DNA from: Elsinoe ampelina
Lineage: Eukaryota
Assembly (NCBI GenBank): GCA_010093995.1
Contig: ML992503.1
Span: 1,863,328-1,927,327, forward strand
Reading direction: 5' to 3'
Length of the DNA: 64,000 nucleotides
Positions 12,430 through 22,231 of the stretch are shown piece after piece. The notes beneath the pieces were generated by a model. That model was not told where the DNA came from and made no database searches. It saw only the letters and a list, made by a program, of their open reading frames with translations. The position numbers and the translations under genes are program-made. The stretch's first letter is position 1, and every line of letters starts with the position of its first letter.

Positions 12430-13623
12430 TCACGTGTCGATGAACTGGACCTTGACAGCTCTGGCGGAGGGGTTGGATGCTGCCTCGAATGCATCCTGCG
12501 CCTGCTCTAGCCCAAATCGATGCGTGACAAGCGGCTTGACATTGATCAATCCTTCCGACACGAGCTGGATTGCTCTCGGATATGTCTCATGATACCGAAA
12601 TTGGAATCGAATATCAATCTCCCGGAACGATGCATGCATGAAAGGATACTCTTGGAAGCTCTTACTACCAACACCAATGATGAAGACTGCACCTCCAAAG
12701 CGGGTCGACTATTCATTTTTAGCGATGTTCCAATCGATGGACTTTGAAACAACGAACGTAGATGGCAGTATGGATACTGCTTTCGACACCAGTGCATTCA
12801 AGGACCAACTTGGCCTCTTGACCAAGCTTTTCCTTGATGGCTTCGGAGAGGTCTTTGGATGACTGGCCCTTCTGCACTTGTAAAGTCCGCACTCGGGGCA
12901 CCAGCTGCTTCGCCATCTGTAGGCGATTGTCGTCAAGGTCGGTGATGACAATTGGCGATGCTCCAGCGGCATGGGCAGCAAGCAATGTGACCATGCCGAT
13001 AGGACCTGCACCACAGATGACCAAAGGATCTCCCAACCTCAGATCAGACCTCTCGATACCAGCCAAAGCGACTGACAGTGGTTCCAGCAATGCTCCCTCT
13101 TCGCAGCTCATGCTGTCTGGCAGGCGATGCAGCCACGCCTCTGGGTGAGCGTGGTATCTTCGAAGGGTTCCATCAATGGGTGGAGATGAATAGAAGGTCA
13201 TTTGTGGACAGGCATTGTATCGTCCTGTTCGACATGCTGAGCACTCTGGTTTAGAGCATGGGACACCCGCTTCGATGGCGACCTTGTCACCTGCCTTGTC
13301 AGCGTCAACATCAAGAAAGGTGGATACCTAGATCCTTCCTTACCTATCTTCAACGTCGTCACCTTTTGACCAATCTTCACCACGACACCAGCACTTTCAT
13401 GTCCCAGTCCGCACTCCTTGGTGATGACCGAGTCGCCAATATTGCCGTGCTTCCAAAAATGAACGTCGCTGCCGCAGATGCCCGTAGCTTGGACGTGAAC
13501 TAAGCAATCATTGGGTCCGATGTCGGGCACCTCAGCTTCGAGCACCTTGATTTCATGCTCCGGATTCGTTGCTACAGCCAAGTTGATGGGCTTGCGAGTG
13601 AGGACTTCTGTGCATGAAGACAT
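12430..13623 (-). CDS. Zn-dependent polyol dehydrogenase, L-arabinitol 4-dehydrogenase/galactitol dehydrogenase (LadB-like) family
   Basis: Motifs TGICGSDVHFW, GHESAG, GAGPIG, FQFRYHETYPRAI. Introns 13291-13343 and 12709-12757. Confidence 0.9.
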
Positions 13624-13730
13624 GATTGAGCTGACTGCATCCAACGACGTTGTTGCAAGACTGTTTTATCCTTCCTGCTGCCTGCAGTCTGACGGTTGGA
13701 CTTCTGCTTGCTGAGCACTCTGCCCCTCCT

Positions 13731-13749
13731 TCGGTGCGGGGTCGTCCGA
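13731..13749. promoter_or_regulatory. Gal4-type site CGG-N11-CCG overlapping a CreA-type GCGGGG, in the divergent LAD/Ldh2 promoter
   Basis: TCGG-TGCGGGGTCGT-CCGA: CGG at 13732-13734 and CCG at 13746-13748. Confidence 0.55.
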
Positions 13750-14034
13750 TGCACACATCTCGCATCCTGCTCACACTGTTACCAACAACACCGCATCATC
13801 CTTAGTCAGATGTGAGAAGTTTCATCACCTCCCAAGGCTGCAATCGGTCCTTCCTATGTGGCATTGAATCCGGTACAGGCCTGCTTCCATGACCTGAGCG
13901 GCATCGCATTTCGGCGTTTGGCCGAAGCCTTCGGCGTTCGTCCGTCTTCGGGTCACATTTTCTCGAGCCAATTGATGAAGGGCATCAAAACCACTTGCCT
14001 CAACATCAATTGACATTCAGCACTTCAATCCACC

Positions 14035-15114
14035 ATGTCTGAACAACCACAACGAATCGGCACCATCCTGCCCGCCGACGCCAAGCAATTCGCCACCGAC
14101 ATCCTCACCGGCAACGGCCTCTCCCCGACCGACGCCTCCACCGTCGCCTCGTGCCTCATCGCCGCCGACCTCCGCGGCGTCGACACCCACGGCATCAACC
14201 GGCTCCCGTCCTACATGACACGAGTCCGCAAAGGCCTCAACTCCCCCACCGCCCAACCCGTCCTGACCCAAATCACGCCCGCCGTCGCCCTCGTGGACGC
14301 CAACAACGCCTTCGGCTTCATCGGCGCCAAACTCGGCATGGCCCGCGCCATCGAAATGGCACAGACGTTCGGCATCGGCATGGTCTCGATCAAACACTCG
14401 AACCACTTCGGCATGTCGGCGTGGCTGGTGCAGCAGGCCATCGACGCGGACATGATGAGTCTCGTGTTCACGAACTCGTCGCCCGCGTTGCCCGTGTGGG
14501 GAGGGAGGAGTAAACTCATGGGCGTGAGTCCCATCGCGTGCGGAGCGCCTGGCGAGCATCCGTTCATCCTGGATATGGCGCCGTCGGTGGCGGCGAGGGG
14601 CAAGATCTACAAGGCCAAGAGGCGCGGGGAGAAGATTCCTTTGGATTGGGCGCTGGATGGGGAGGGGAGGCAGACGGATGATCCGGGGAAGGCGTTGGAG
14701 GGGGTGATGCTGCCGATGGGTGGGCCGAAGGGGTCGGGGTTGGCGGTCATGATGGATGTGTTTTCTGGGGTGTTGTCCGGGTCGGCGTTCGCGGGGGGTG
14801 TGACGGGCCCGTATGACTTTTCGAAACCGGCGGATGTGGGGCATTTTCTTGTGGCGATCAAGCCGGATTTGTTCATGTCGATGGCGGAGTTTAAGGAGAG
14901 GATGGAGGAGTTGTATGGGAAGGTGGTGGGGTCGGAGAAGATGCAGGGCGTGGATAGGATTTACTTCCCGGGGGAGATTGAGCAGTTGACGCAGAAGAAG
15001 AGGGAGGTGGAGGGGATTCCATTCGTGGAGGCGGAGATTGAGGCGCTGAATGAGGAGGCGAGAGCGGTGGGGGTGCCGGAGCTGAAGGTCAAGTCGTGGG
15101 AGACGAAGGCGTGA
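14035..15114 (+). CDS. Malate/L-lactate dehydrogenase type 2 (Ldh2/AllD/YiaK) family oxidoreductase
   Basis: Intronless 359 aa; motifs ADLRGVDTHG, SNHFG, LDMA.S, GGPKGSGLA, YFPGE. Confidence 0.92.
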   Translation: MSEQPQRIGTILPADAKQFATDILTGNGLSPTDASTVASCLIAADLRGVDTHGINRLPSYMTRVRKGLNSPTAQPVLTQITPAVALVDANNAFGFIGAKLGMARAIEMAQTFGIGMVSIKHSNHFGMSAWLVQQAIDADMMSLVFTNSSPALPVWGGRSKLMGVSPIACGAPGEHPFILDMAPSVAARGKIYKAKRRGEKIPLDWALDGEGRQTDDPGKALEGVMLPMGGPKGSGLAVMMDVFSGVLSGSAFAGGVTGPYDFSKPADVGHFLVAIKPDLFMSMAEFKERMEELYGKVVGSEKMQGVDRIYFPGEIEQLTQKKREVEGIPFVEAEIEALNEEARAVGVPELKVKSWETKA

Positions 15115-15220
15115 GATCTCTTGTGAGTATCTGTATCAAATACTCATATCTACATACTAGGTGGATGATATCATGGCCTTTTGATGTGCCACTTTACTCT
15201 CTGTGCTTGCACCAATCCCG

Positions 15221-15760
15221 CTAGAACACTGTCGCTCCTCCATCCACTACCAGATCCGCTCCATTGATGTACGATCCCGCAGTACTACACAACATGACAA
15301 CGGGTCCCGCCACTTCCCACGGTTGCGCCATCCTACCCATCGGATTCCTCCCTGCCCAAATATCTCTACATCTCTGTAGTCCCTCTCCGGCGTTCAGAAT
15401 CGTGTCGGCATATCCCGGCGACACGGAATTGACTCTGATCCCATGCACCGCCCACTCGGCCGCAAGACAATGTACGAGATGAATCACTGCTGCTTTACTC
15501 ACGTTGTAAGCTGCTTGAGGCTGTGGATAATTCACTCGATGTCCGGACATGCTGGCTACGAGGACGATACTACCACCTGACCCGTGGGATTTGATGTGTC
15601 GTGCAACAGCTTGTGAGGCATTGAAGGCGCCAGACGTGTTTACGGAGAGTACGCGAGACCATTCTTCCGCGGATACATCCATGGCAGGGACGCAGGAGAC
15701 CACACCAGCGAAGTGGGCAAGGTGGCGGATCGGGCCAAGTAGTTGGAGGAAAGTGCGGCC
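15221..15760 (-). pseudogene. 5'-truncated short-chain dehydrogenase (D-arabinitol 2-dehydrogenase-like)
   Basis: Has FAGVV, ASMSG, YNVSK and VDGG. The frame hits TAA at ~15800 with no ATG and no TGxxxGIG Rossmann motif, and no upstream exon was found. Confidence 0.65.
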
Positions 15761-15837
15761 AGCACGAATTAAAACGCATCTTCTGGTGAAGAAGAAAGAT
15801 TAACAAAACATCTCACATCCACCCAGAACCATCCACC

Positions 15838-16215
15838 ATGGTGCCACCCATCACAGATCTCGAATTCTTGAAAGGTCTCTGGCTCGAAGCTCACGCAACG
15901 ACCCAATCCAAGCGAGCTGCGATTAGGCACGCAACACGCATCAGCAACGAGATGGCAAGCAGAATGTCCGTCGCTACCTCATCCACTCAAGATCATTCCG
16001 ACAAAGCCTTTGAGGAGAATAAAAAGGAGATCGCAAAGCTCAGGAGCGAGCTTGACGCTGCTGAAGCATGGGAGGCACAACTCAAGAAGGATGTCGAAAG
16101 TGGGTATCCAGTGGCTTCAAGGTTGGACAGACTGACACATCGCAGGTATGGGTGGTACTGTCGGTTGAGGTCTTGGAGCTACGGCTCACACAGAAGCATG
16201 AGAGTGGAGTGGTGA
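15838..16215 (+). CDS. Small hypothetical coiled-coil protein (possible intron 16100-16145, giving a stop at ~16168)
   Basis: Good Kozak context (CCACCATGG), helical charged sequence, CTGAC...CAG branch/acceptor. No family recognised. Confidence 0.4.
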   Translation: MVPPITDLEFLKGLWLEAHATTQSKRAAIRHATRISNEMASRMSVATSSTQDHSDKAFEENKKEIAKLRSELDAAEAWEAQLKKDVESGYPVASRLDRLTHRRYGWYCRLRSWSYGSHRSMRVEW

Positions 16216-16421
16216 TAGAGGAGAGATCAGAGCAAGAATTGTAGGGGCCAAGGAGAGAGCAGATCAGTATGCATACAGAGAATACAATATCGACCTGATC
16301 TATGGTTGTCATTTGTGCATAACGTGATTCCAACTTCAAGGCAAGCTGTACCCTTTCGCGCATACTTGTCGGTCTTTCAATTGTCCAGCTCTGAATCGCT
16401 TGTTGTTTTCAACTGGCAGAG

Positions 16422-17174
16422 TTAGCCGTGTCTCGTGTCCCTGATGGCTGCTGAACCGCTCTTACGCATCACTATAAACGTCCAATGCCACTTCACCGTC
16501 AGGACATCTTCCAATACGATTGGCGGCCGGCGTAAGAGGAATGGAAACTCCATTTTCAGCCACAATGCGCGAAACGACTCATCTTGGGTTCTAGACAGAT
16601 CGCCCATGATACGTAGTTCAGCCTGTGATCTGGCAGATTCCTCGCTCTGCCCAGGTTGGATTGTTCCAATACCTCTCAACATGTCGATGTATTTCGGAAT
16701 GTGAGTTGCTATTCTTTCCTTAGTTGGCAGGCGAAAGACGATACAAAGGTCGCTAAGATGTCTCCCGAAATCGATTTTCCGGAACAATGCTTCAAGGTTA
16801 TCTACAGTGTCGAAGTCAATTGGGATATCAACGATCAGACTTCTTAAAGTCCTTGCTGATATCCCAGGTAGGAAGCGTAGAAGCGCAGCGGCATAAGGCT
16901 CCACTAAGCATGGTATGTCCGGGAGAGTGATGACGATTTCAACCGATCCGTAGAAGATGGCAAGTGCTTCACTATATGTTGTCTTGCAAGTCTTAACAAG
17001 CGACCACATGTATGGATCCTGCTTATTAGGTCCGCGGAGACGCCAGACTTGCTGGTTCGGCTCGGAAGGACTTTGAGCCAGGTGGAGGCTGTACTCGAAG
17101 CGCTGCAGCTTGGCCATATGTCGATAGATGGACATTCGGATCTCTGGCGGGGCGGCCAGGAGAGGGAATGCCAT
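16422..17174 (-). CDS. Hypothetical protein with N-terminal F-box-like motif
   Basis: 250-aa ORF with 'PLLAAPPEIRMSIY' and 'LVKTCKTTYSEALAIFY'. Confidence 0.65.
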   Translation of the reverse strand: MAFPLLAAPPEIRMSIYRHMAKLQRFEYSLHLAQSPSEPNQQVWRLRGPNKQDPYMWSLVKTCKTTYSEALAIFYGSVEIVITLPDIPCLVEPYAAALLRFLPGISARTLRSLIVDIPIDFDTVDNLEALFRKIDFGRHLSDLCIVFRLPTKERIATHIPKYIDMLRGIGTIQPGQSEESARSQAELRIMGDLSRTQDESFRALWLKMEFPFLLRRPPIVLEDVLTVKWHWTFIVMRKSGSAAIRDTRHG

Positions 17175-17423
17175 GTTGTGTCGTGAGTGAATGCGGAAAA
17201 TGGAGTAAGGACCAGAATGAGAAAGGGAATTGAACAGCTCAATGATAAGAACGTGTCAGAAGGATGTGAGTCTTACCAAAACCTTGAATTTTTTAGATGC
17301 TTAATGGTGTTCTTTTTCACAACATAGTATACCTACAGTAAAACCAAAAGCTGATCCAACACCAGCTCGACGTCCAACATCACACTTCATGTCATACAGC
17401 CTACTTAGCTCAAGCGATTTTGC

Positions 17424-19601
17424 ATGGCCGGTGCTGCGAGCCAGCATGTTGCCACAAAGGCCTGTACGGAATGCCAAAAGCGCAAAACCCGATGCATCGT
17501 GATCAACAATGGACAGCCATGTCGATATTGCGCCCGCGCAGGCAAAACATGCACAGTCTCTGTACCACCGGTAAGGACGCCTTTGACAAGGAAGAACCTG
17601 GAAGCTGTCGAAGCTCGATGTGCGCGACTGGCGCGACTAGTGCACTCACTCAATCCTACGATCAACATTGAAGAAGCTATAGCGAAAGACGACATCGCTT
17701 CCGACACGATCCAGAGCATTGGGGTGAGCACCGAGGGCGAGTCACCAACGGCTGATCGAGCAGATGGGTGGCGGGAGCCAAATTTCGAACATGTCGGGGA
17801 CTCTGATGGTATGGCATCTTTGCCACAAGCCAACAATGGAAGAGCATTTCTCGGTCAGTGAGCCACCAAGGCTTCGGCTTCACTACTAATGCTGTTCAGG
17901 AAGTAGCTCGGGGTCATTCCTGTACCAGCGAGCAACCCAGCTTGCAGGTATCCAAGCAGCGTCTACATCGAGCATTACCGGACGTCGTGACACGAGAGAG
18001 CAATTGAGCTTGTCACGTGCATCTCAGATGTTCCCACTACCACTAGCAGAGCAGCGTCTGACCGCAAGCTTCCGATCGGCGTACCTGGTAGACGTATACT
18101 TCGTATGCTACAACGTACCATGTCCCATTCTGCATGAACCGACGTTCCGGCAAGGTCTATCGAGACGAGCAGGAATTAAGCAGGACGAGTGGTTCCCCCT
18201 TCAATACCAGCTGGTTCTCGCCATGGGCTACTGGATCATAGGTGGAGACGAGGGGCTCCAAGTGTCTTTCTATCAAGCCGCTCGAGCACAGCTGTCCCTG
18301 GAGTGTTTCGAATCGGGCTCTCTGAGTCTTGTACAGGCACTGCTACTCATGGTATGCCAATCTCCCACATTGCGACCATCATATCTGACCTAAATAGGGC
18401 AACTACCTACAGAAACGCGATCGTCCCAATACTGGATACAATTACGTTGGATTAGCAGGACGTATGGCAATCGGGCTGGGACTGCATCGAAGGCCTACTG
18501 ATGGTGGGACATATTCGAACATGCAGCTTGAGATCAGACGAAGAATATTCTGGACGCTCTTCTCCTTGGAGAGCGGCTTTGCCCTGACCACCGGTAGACC
18601 TACTTTGGTGGAAGAGACTGTGACCGATCTCTCACTTCCTTCGAACATCGATGACGAGGTATGCTGAACTGCTCCTTTGCACCCCATCAAGCTGATCGGT
18701 ATAGGATCCGTCGTCTGTGGATATTCGAAATCGACCGACCTCTTGCTCTGCGATCATAGCCCAGAGTCAGCTTGCTATCATCGCCAATCGGCTTCACAAG
18801 GATATCATCAATGGCAAATCCGCACTATTAGACCTGCACGCCTGCAAGAAATCCGTCCATGAATCCTTCATCGTCTGGAAAGCACAACTTCCTAGATATT
18901 TCTTCGACGCGGGAGTCCCGGACTGGTTCCGTGGACCGCGAGCTATGGTCTTGTGGAAGGAGCAAAACCTAAGAATGATATTCTGGAGAGCATGCAGACG
19001 AAGCAATTGTGGCTACGTCAGTAGTGAAGAAGCTGCTCTCCGAGCGTCCGAGACGGCGATAGAGTCCATTCGAGATGTCTCAGAGTTTCACAACACCAAT
19101 TCTACTCTTCTCAATCAGAACATCGCATGGTATTCAACTTACTTCATCTTCCAGAGCGCTCTAGTCATTATCCTTGGCCACTTGGAAGCTCTTCGCACCA
19201 GCAGACCGGCTACAGAAACAACCAGGCAAAATCAGGACATGCTTGAGCTTGCTCGGAACTCCTTGAGAGCGCTGTCTACCTGGACGCCAGCGGCGAAGAG
19301 ATGTCGATTCGTGCTGGAGACATTGGCGAGAGCAGTAACGACTACTGTACCTAACACGTCCGCGACTGATGGGCCTTCTAATGACGTTCAGATGGAACAG
19401 GTTTCTGGGTTTTCTTTCCCCAGCCAGACGCCGGGCGATACTGCGACCAACGACTTCCTCTCGCAGATGGGGATTACCGGCAACGACACCATGCCGGATC
19501 AATTCGATACTTCCTTTGATGTCTTATTCCAGCAGATGCAGAACTTTGAAGGCGATTGGACACAGGACTTCAGCGACCTAGGATTCAATGATTTCTCCTG
19601 A
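17424..19601 (+). CDS. Gal4-like Zn(II)2Cys6 transcription factor with fungal-specific TF domain (GalX-like candidate)
   Basis: CTECQKRKTRC...CRYCARAGKTC followed by RTPLTRKNL (Gal4 has RSPLTRAHL); GNYLQKRDRPNTGYN; RRRIFW. Introns 17854-17899, 18352-18397, 18659-18704. Confidence 0.92.
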
Positions 19602-19632
19602 TACGCCAGGACAAAGAATATCTCACTCGATT

Positions 19633-20457
19633 CTAAGGCAACACATAGCCACCATCCACCAGCACATCACTCCCGGTGGTGTAACTACTCGCATCACTCG
19701 CCAAATACAAATACACCCCCTTGATCTCCTTGACATCACCCTGCCTCCCCAACGGCGTCATCCTATACGCCTCATTCCTCACCCTCTCCGCCGCCCCCAT
19801 CTTCGTGTCAAAAAACCCGGGACTCACCACATTCACCCTGGCAAACCCCCTCCACTCCCGCGCCAGGCTCTTCCCGAGATGCGTCACGTACGCTTTCGTG
19901 GCGTTGTACACGGGCTGATCCACCGGCACATTGACGATATGCGCGGAGATGCTGCTCGTGATGATCAGATTGCCGCTGCCCTGGCGCTTGAACACGGCGC
20001 CTGCGTATTTCGCGCAGTAGAAGACCCCGTCGACGTTGACTGCCATTTGGGCGCGGTACTCGTCGAGGGTCTGTTCGAGGATGGGTTTGCTGATGGCTGT
20101 GCCGGCGTTGGCGATGAAGACGTCGAGACGGCCAAAGTCGGAGGCGATGGTTTCGATGGTGGCTTCGACGGCGGACGGGTCGGTGACTTGGAGCTTGTAG
20201 GCTTTTGCGGTGATGTTGTGGGTGCTGGCCAGGGAGGTGGCGTGCTCGATGGCCGCGGCGTTGGAATTGTAGATCAGGGCCACGTGTGCGCCGGCTTCGG
20301 CCATGGCTTCGGCGACGGCGAGCCCGATGCCGTCTGCTGCGCCGGTGATGGCGACGACGCGCGAGCGCATGGAGAGTTGGGAGAGGACGTTGGTTGGGGT
20401 GGAGGGGGTGGGGAGGGGTTGGCGCGGGGCCTGGGCGTCGGCGAGGGACATGGACAT
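19633..20457 (-). CDS. Short-chain dehydrogenase/reductase, L-xylulose/sorbose reductase (mannitol dehydrogenase-like) family
   Basis: Motifs TGAADGIG, IANAG, YNATK, VSPGFFDT, VDGGY. Intronless. Confidence 0.92.
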   Translation of the reverse strand: MSMSLADAQAPRQPLPTPSTPTNVLSQLSMRSRVVAITGAADGIGLAVAEAMAEAGAHVALIYNSNAAAIEHATSLASTHNITAKAYKLQVTDPSAVEATIETIASDFGRLDVFIANAGTAISKPILEQTLDEYRAQMAVNVDGVFYCAKYAGAVFKRQGSGNLIITSSISAHIVNVPVDQPVYNATKAYVTHLGKSLAREWRGFARVNVVSPGFFDTKMGAAERVRNEAYRMTPLGRQGDVKEIKGVYLYLASDASSYTTGSDVLVDGGYVLP

Positions 20458-20591
20458 GTTGGGCGGCTTGATGGGATTAGGATTGGTTGGTAGTGGAGTT
20501 GGAGAATTGTAGAGATGGTATTATCACCTGCAAGGATTGGGGATATATTGTGTATTGATATGGGCAACTGCTTGGGAAATTTCAATAGCCG

Positions 20592-20633
20592 GCGGGGGCG
20601 GGGCAGAGATGGCGTCGGTCGAGTGTGCTCCGA
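20592..20633. promoter_or_regulatory. SDR promoter: tandem CreA-type GCGGGG sites plus a Gal4-type CGG-N11-CCG site
   Basis: GCGGGG at 20592 and 20598; TCGG-TCGAGTGTGCT-CCGA with CGG at 20616-20618 and CCG at 20630-20632. Confidence 0.55.
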
Positions 20634-21360
20634 TTGCGCCCAAGTGGAGTAGTCGTGGCGGCATGATGTATACCACGTCGTCATCAATTTTTTCTGGTGT
20701 AAAGAACGACAAAATCCAACAAACCCGCCATTCATATCATTTGTGGCGTGTCAGAACGACTGCTGCAAGCTCTGGGCATAAATGGGTCTTCACAGACGGC
20801 GGACCATGGAATATCGTATACCTTGACTGAAGAAACGCAGTGCTTGTCAGAAGTTATGCAATTGGCCGTCAATGACCAGTCAAAGCATACGACATGCTCC
20901 TATGGACATGTGTTGCCATAGGTGGGCATAGGTACATGACGATAACGAGGGACCTCTTGCAGGGCCAGAAGGAGAGCTGTCATGGCGGGTCAAGAGCAAG
21001 AAGAAATTGCTGGGACTCTGCTGTTAACACACCGCTATTGATTGATGATGGAGTGCTTTTGTCCGTCAAGCGTATGTACATCTCGTGTGCTTGAAGGTTA
21101 CCCTCAAGCCTCGAATCCTTACCGAACGTAACAAGCTGGAACCCGCTCGCATTCGCTCCGGGTAAAGTCGTTGCCGACCAGCGGGCGAGAATCCCTCGTA
21201 TACGGGTGGCAAAGACCTGAGGACCTTGAGACGGCAACGGCGAGGGTCACAGTACATTTGATATCGTGTGTGTAGGCGGCAATGGGACACGCGTGCTTGG
21301 ACCTCCTTATGAGCACATTCTCGTGAGACGTACATGTAAGTCCGATGTCTAGCAGGGAGC

Positions 21361-21840
21361 TCATAGACTCTTCCTGGTCCTTGCACGACTCGTGAGCCCT
21401 ACATCAAGGAGAAAGCATATCCTTGTCAATGCGCCCACATAGACAAACCCTAGGTTACCCCAGTAAATGGCGTTCCACTCCCAGAATCGCCAGTAGGTCT
21501 GGAGGCCCATTGAATTGACACTGTAGAGATGACCAAAGTCGGCGATGAGCAAGCCGAGGAGAAAGACCCTCCAGACGTTCCGGTCGGACGTGGCGCGGAG
21601 GACCAAGGCCTCGTTGAGGGCAAATACAAGATACATGTTGGCGAGCTGTGTCAGAACTATACTCTCCACCTTTGAAGGTCCGAGGAGAGTAGGACTCAGT
21701 GACGGAACGGTCATGGCGAGATAGTCCTTCTGGCCAAAGTGGGCGTAGTAGGCACCTACAGCCGTTGCAACGGGTTCGATGTATAGGAAGAACAGGCGGT
21801 AGAGGAGCGGTAGACGGGATGACGTTGATGCAGGAGCCAT
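21361..21840 (-). CDS. Conserved fungal small integral membrane protein (~4 TM)
   Basis: Motifs YRLFFLYIEP, QLANMY, LLIADFGHL, WGNLG; hydrophobic segments. Confidence 0.8.
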   Translation of the reverse strand: MAPASTSSRLPLLYRLFFLYIEPVATAVGAYYAHFGQKDYLAMTVPSLSPTLLGPSKVESIVLTQLANMYLVFALNEALVLRATSDRNVWRVFLLGLLIADFGHLYSVNSMGLQTYWRFWEWNAIYWGNLGFVYVGALTRICFLLDVGLTSRARTRKSL

Positions 21841-22199
21841 AATGGTTGATGATTGGCGATATTTCCAGCCGCGTCTTTGTGAGAGATTGGTCCTCGAATA
21901 GATGCAACAAGTCGGGTCGCAGCCTGGTGAGCGGAGATTGTGGCGCGCGTGCAAGAGTCTGACGGAGAGGAAAATGACGGCCTCAGCTGAACCGGGAAAT
22001 GGTGTACGACGACAAATAGACTCTTCCGGGCGTTGGGGAACAAAGGTGAGACTGCGTTGCGGCTTGTGTCAGACGGCGGGTGGGGACGTCGTGGTGGGCA
22101 GATGGTGAGTAAGATGGACGATAATCTGGCTGACACGAAGCTTGTGTCGGAATTTGATGAAAGGCCGAGATGAATTGTCTATGAGCAGGGCTGAGGCGG

Positions 22200-22231
22200 T
22201 GTGGTCAGTGGTCAGTGGTCAGTGGTCAGTG
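22200..22231. repeat. 7-bp tandem repeat (GTGGTCA)x4
   Basis: gtggtcagtggtcagtggtcagtggtcagtg read directly from the sequence. Confidence 0.9.
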
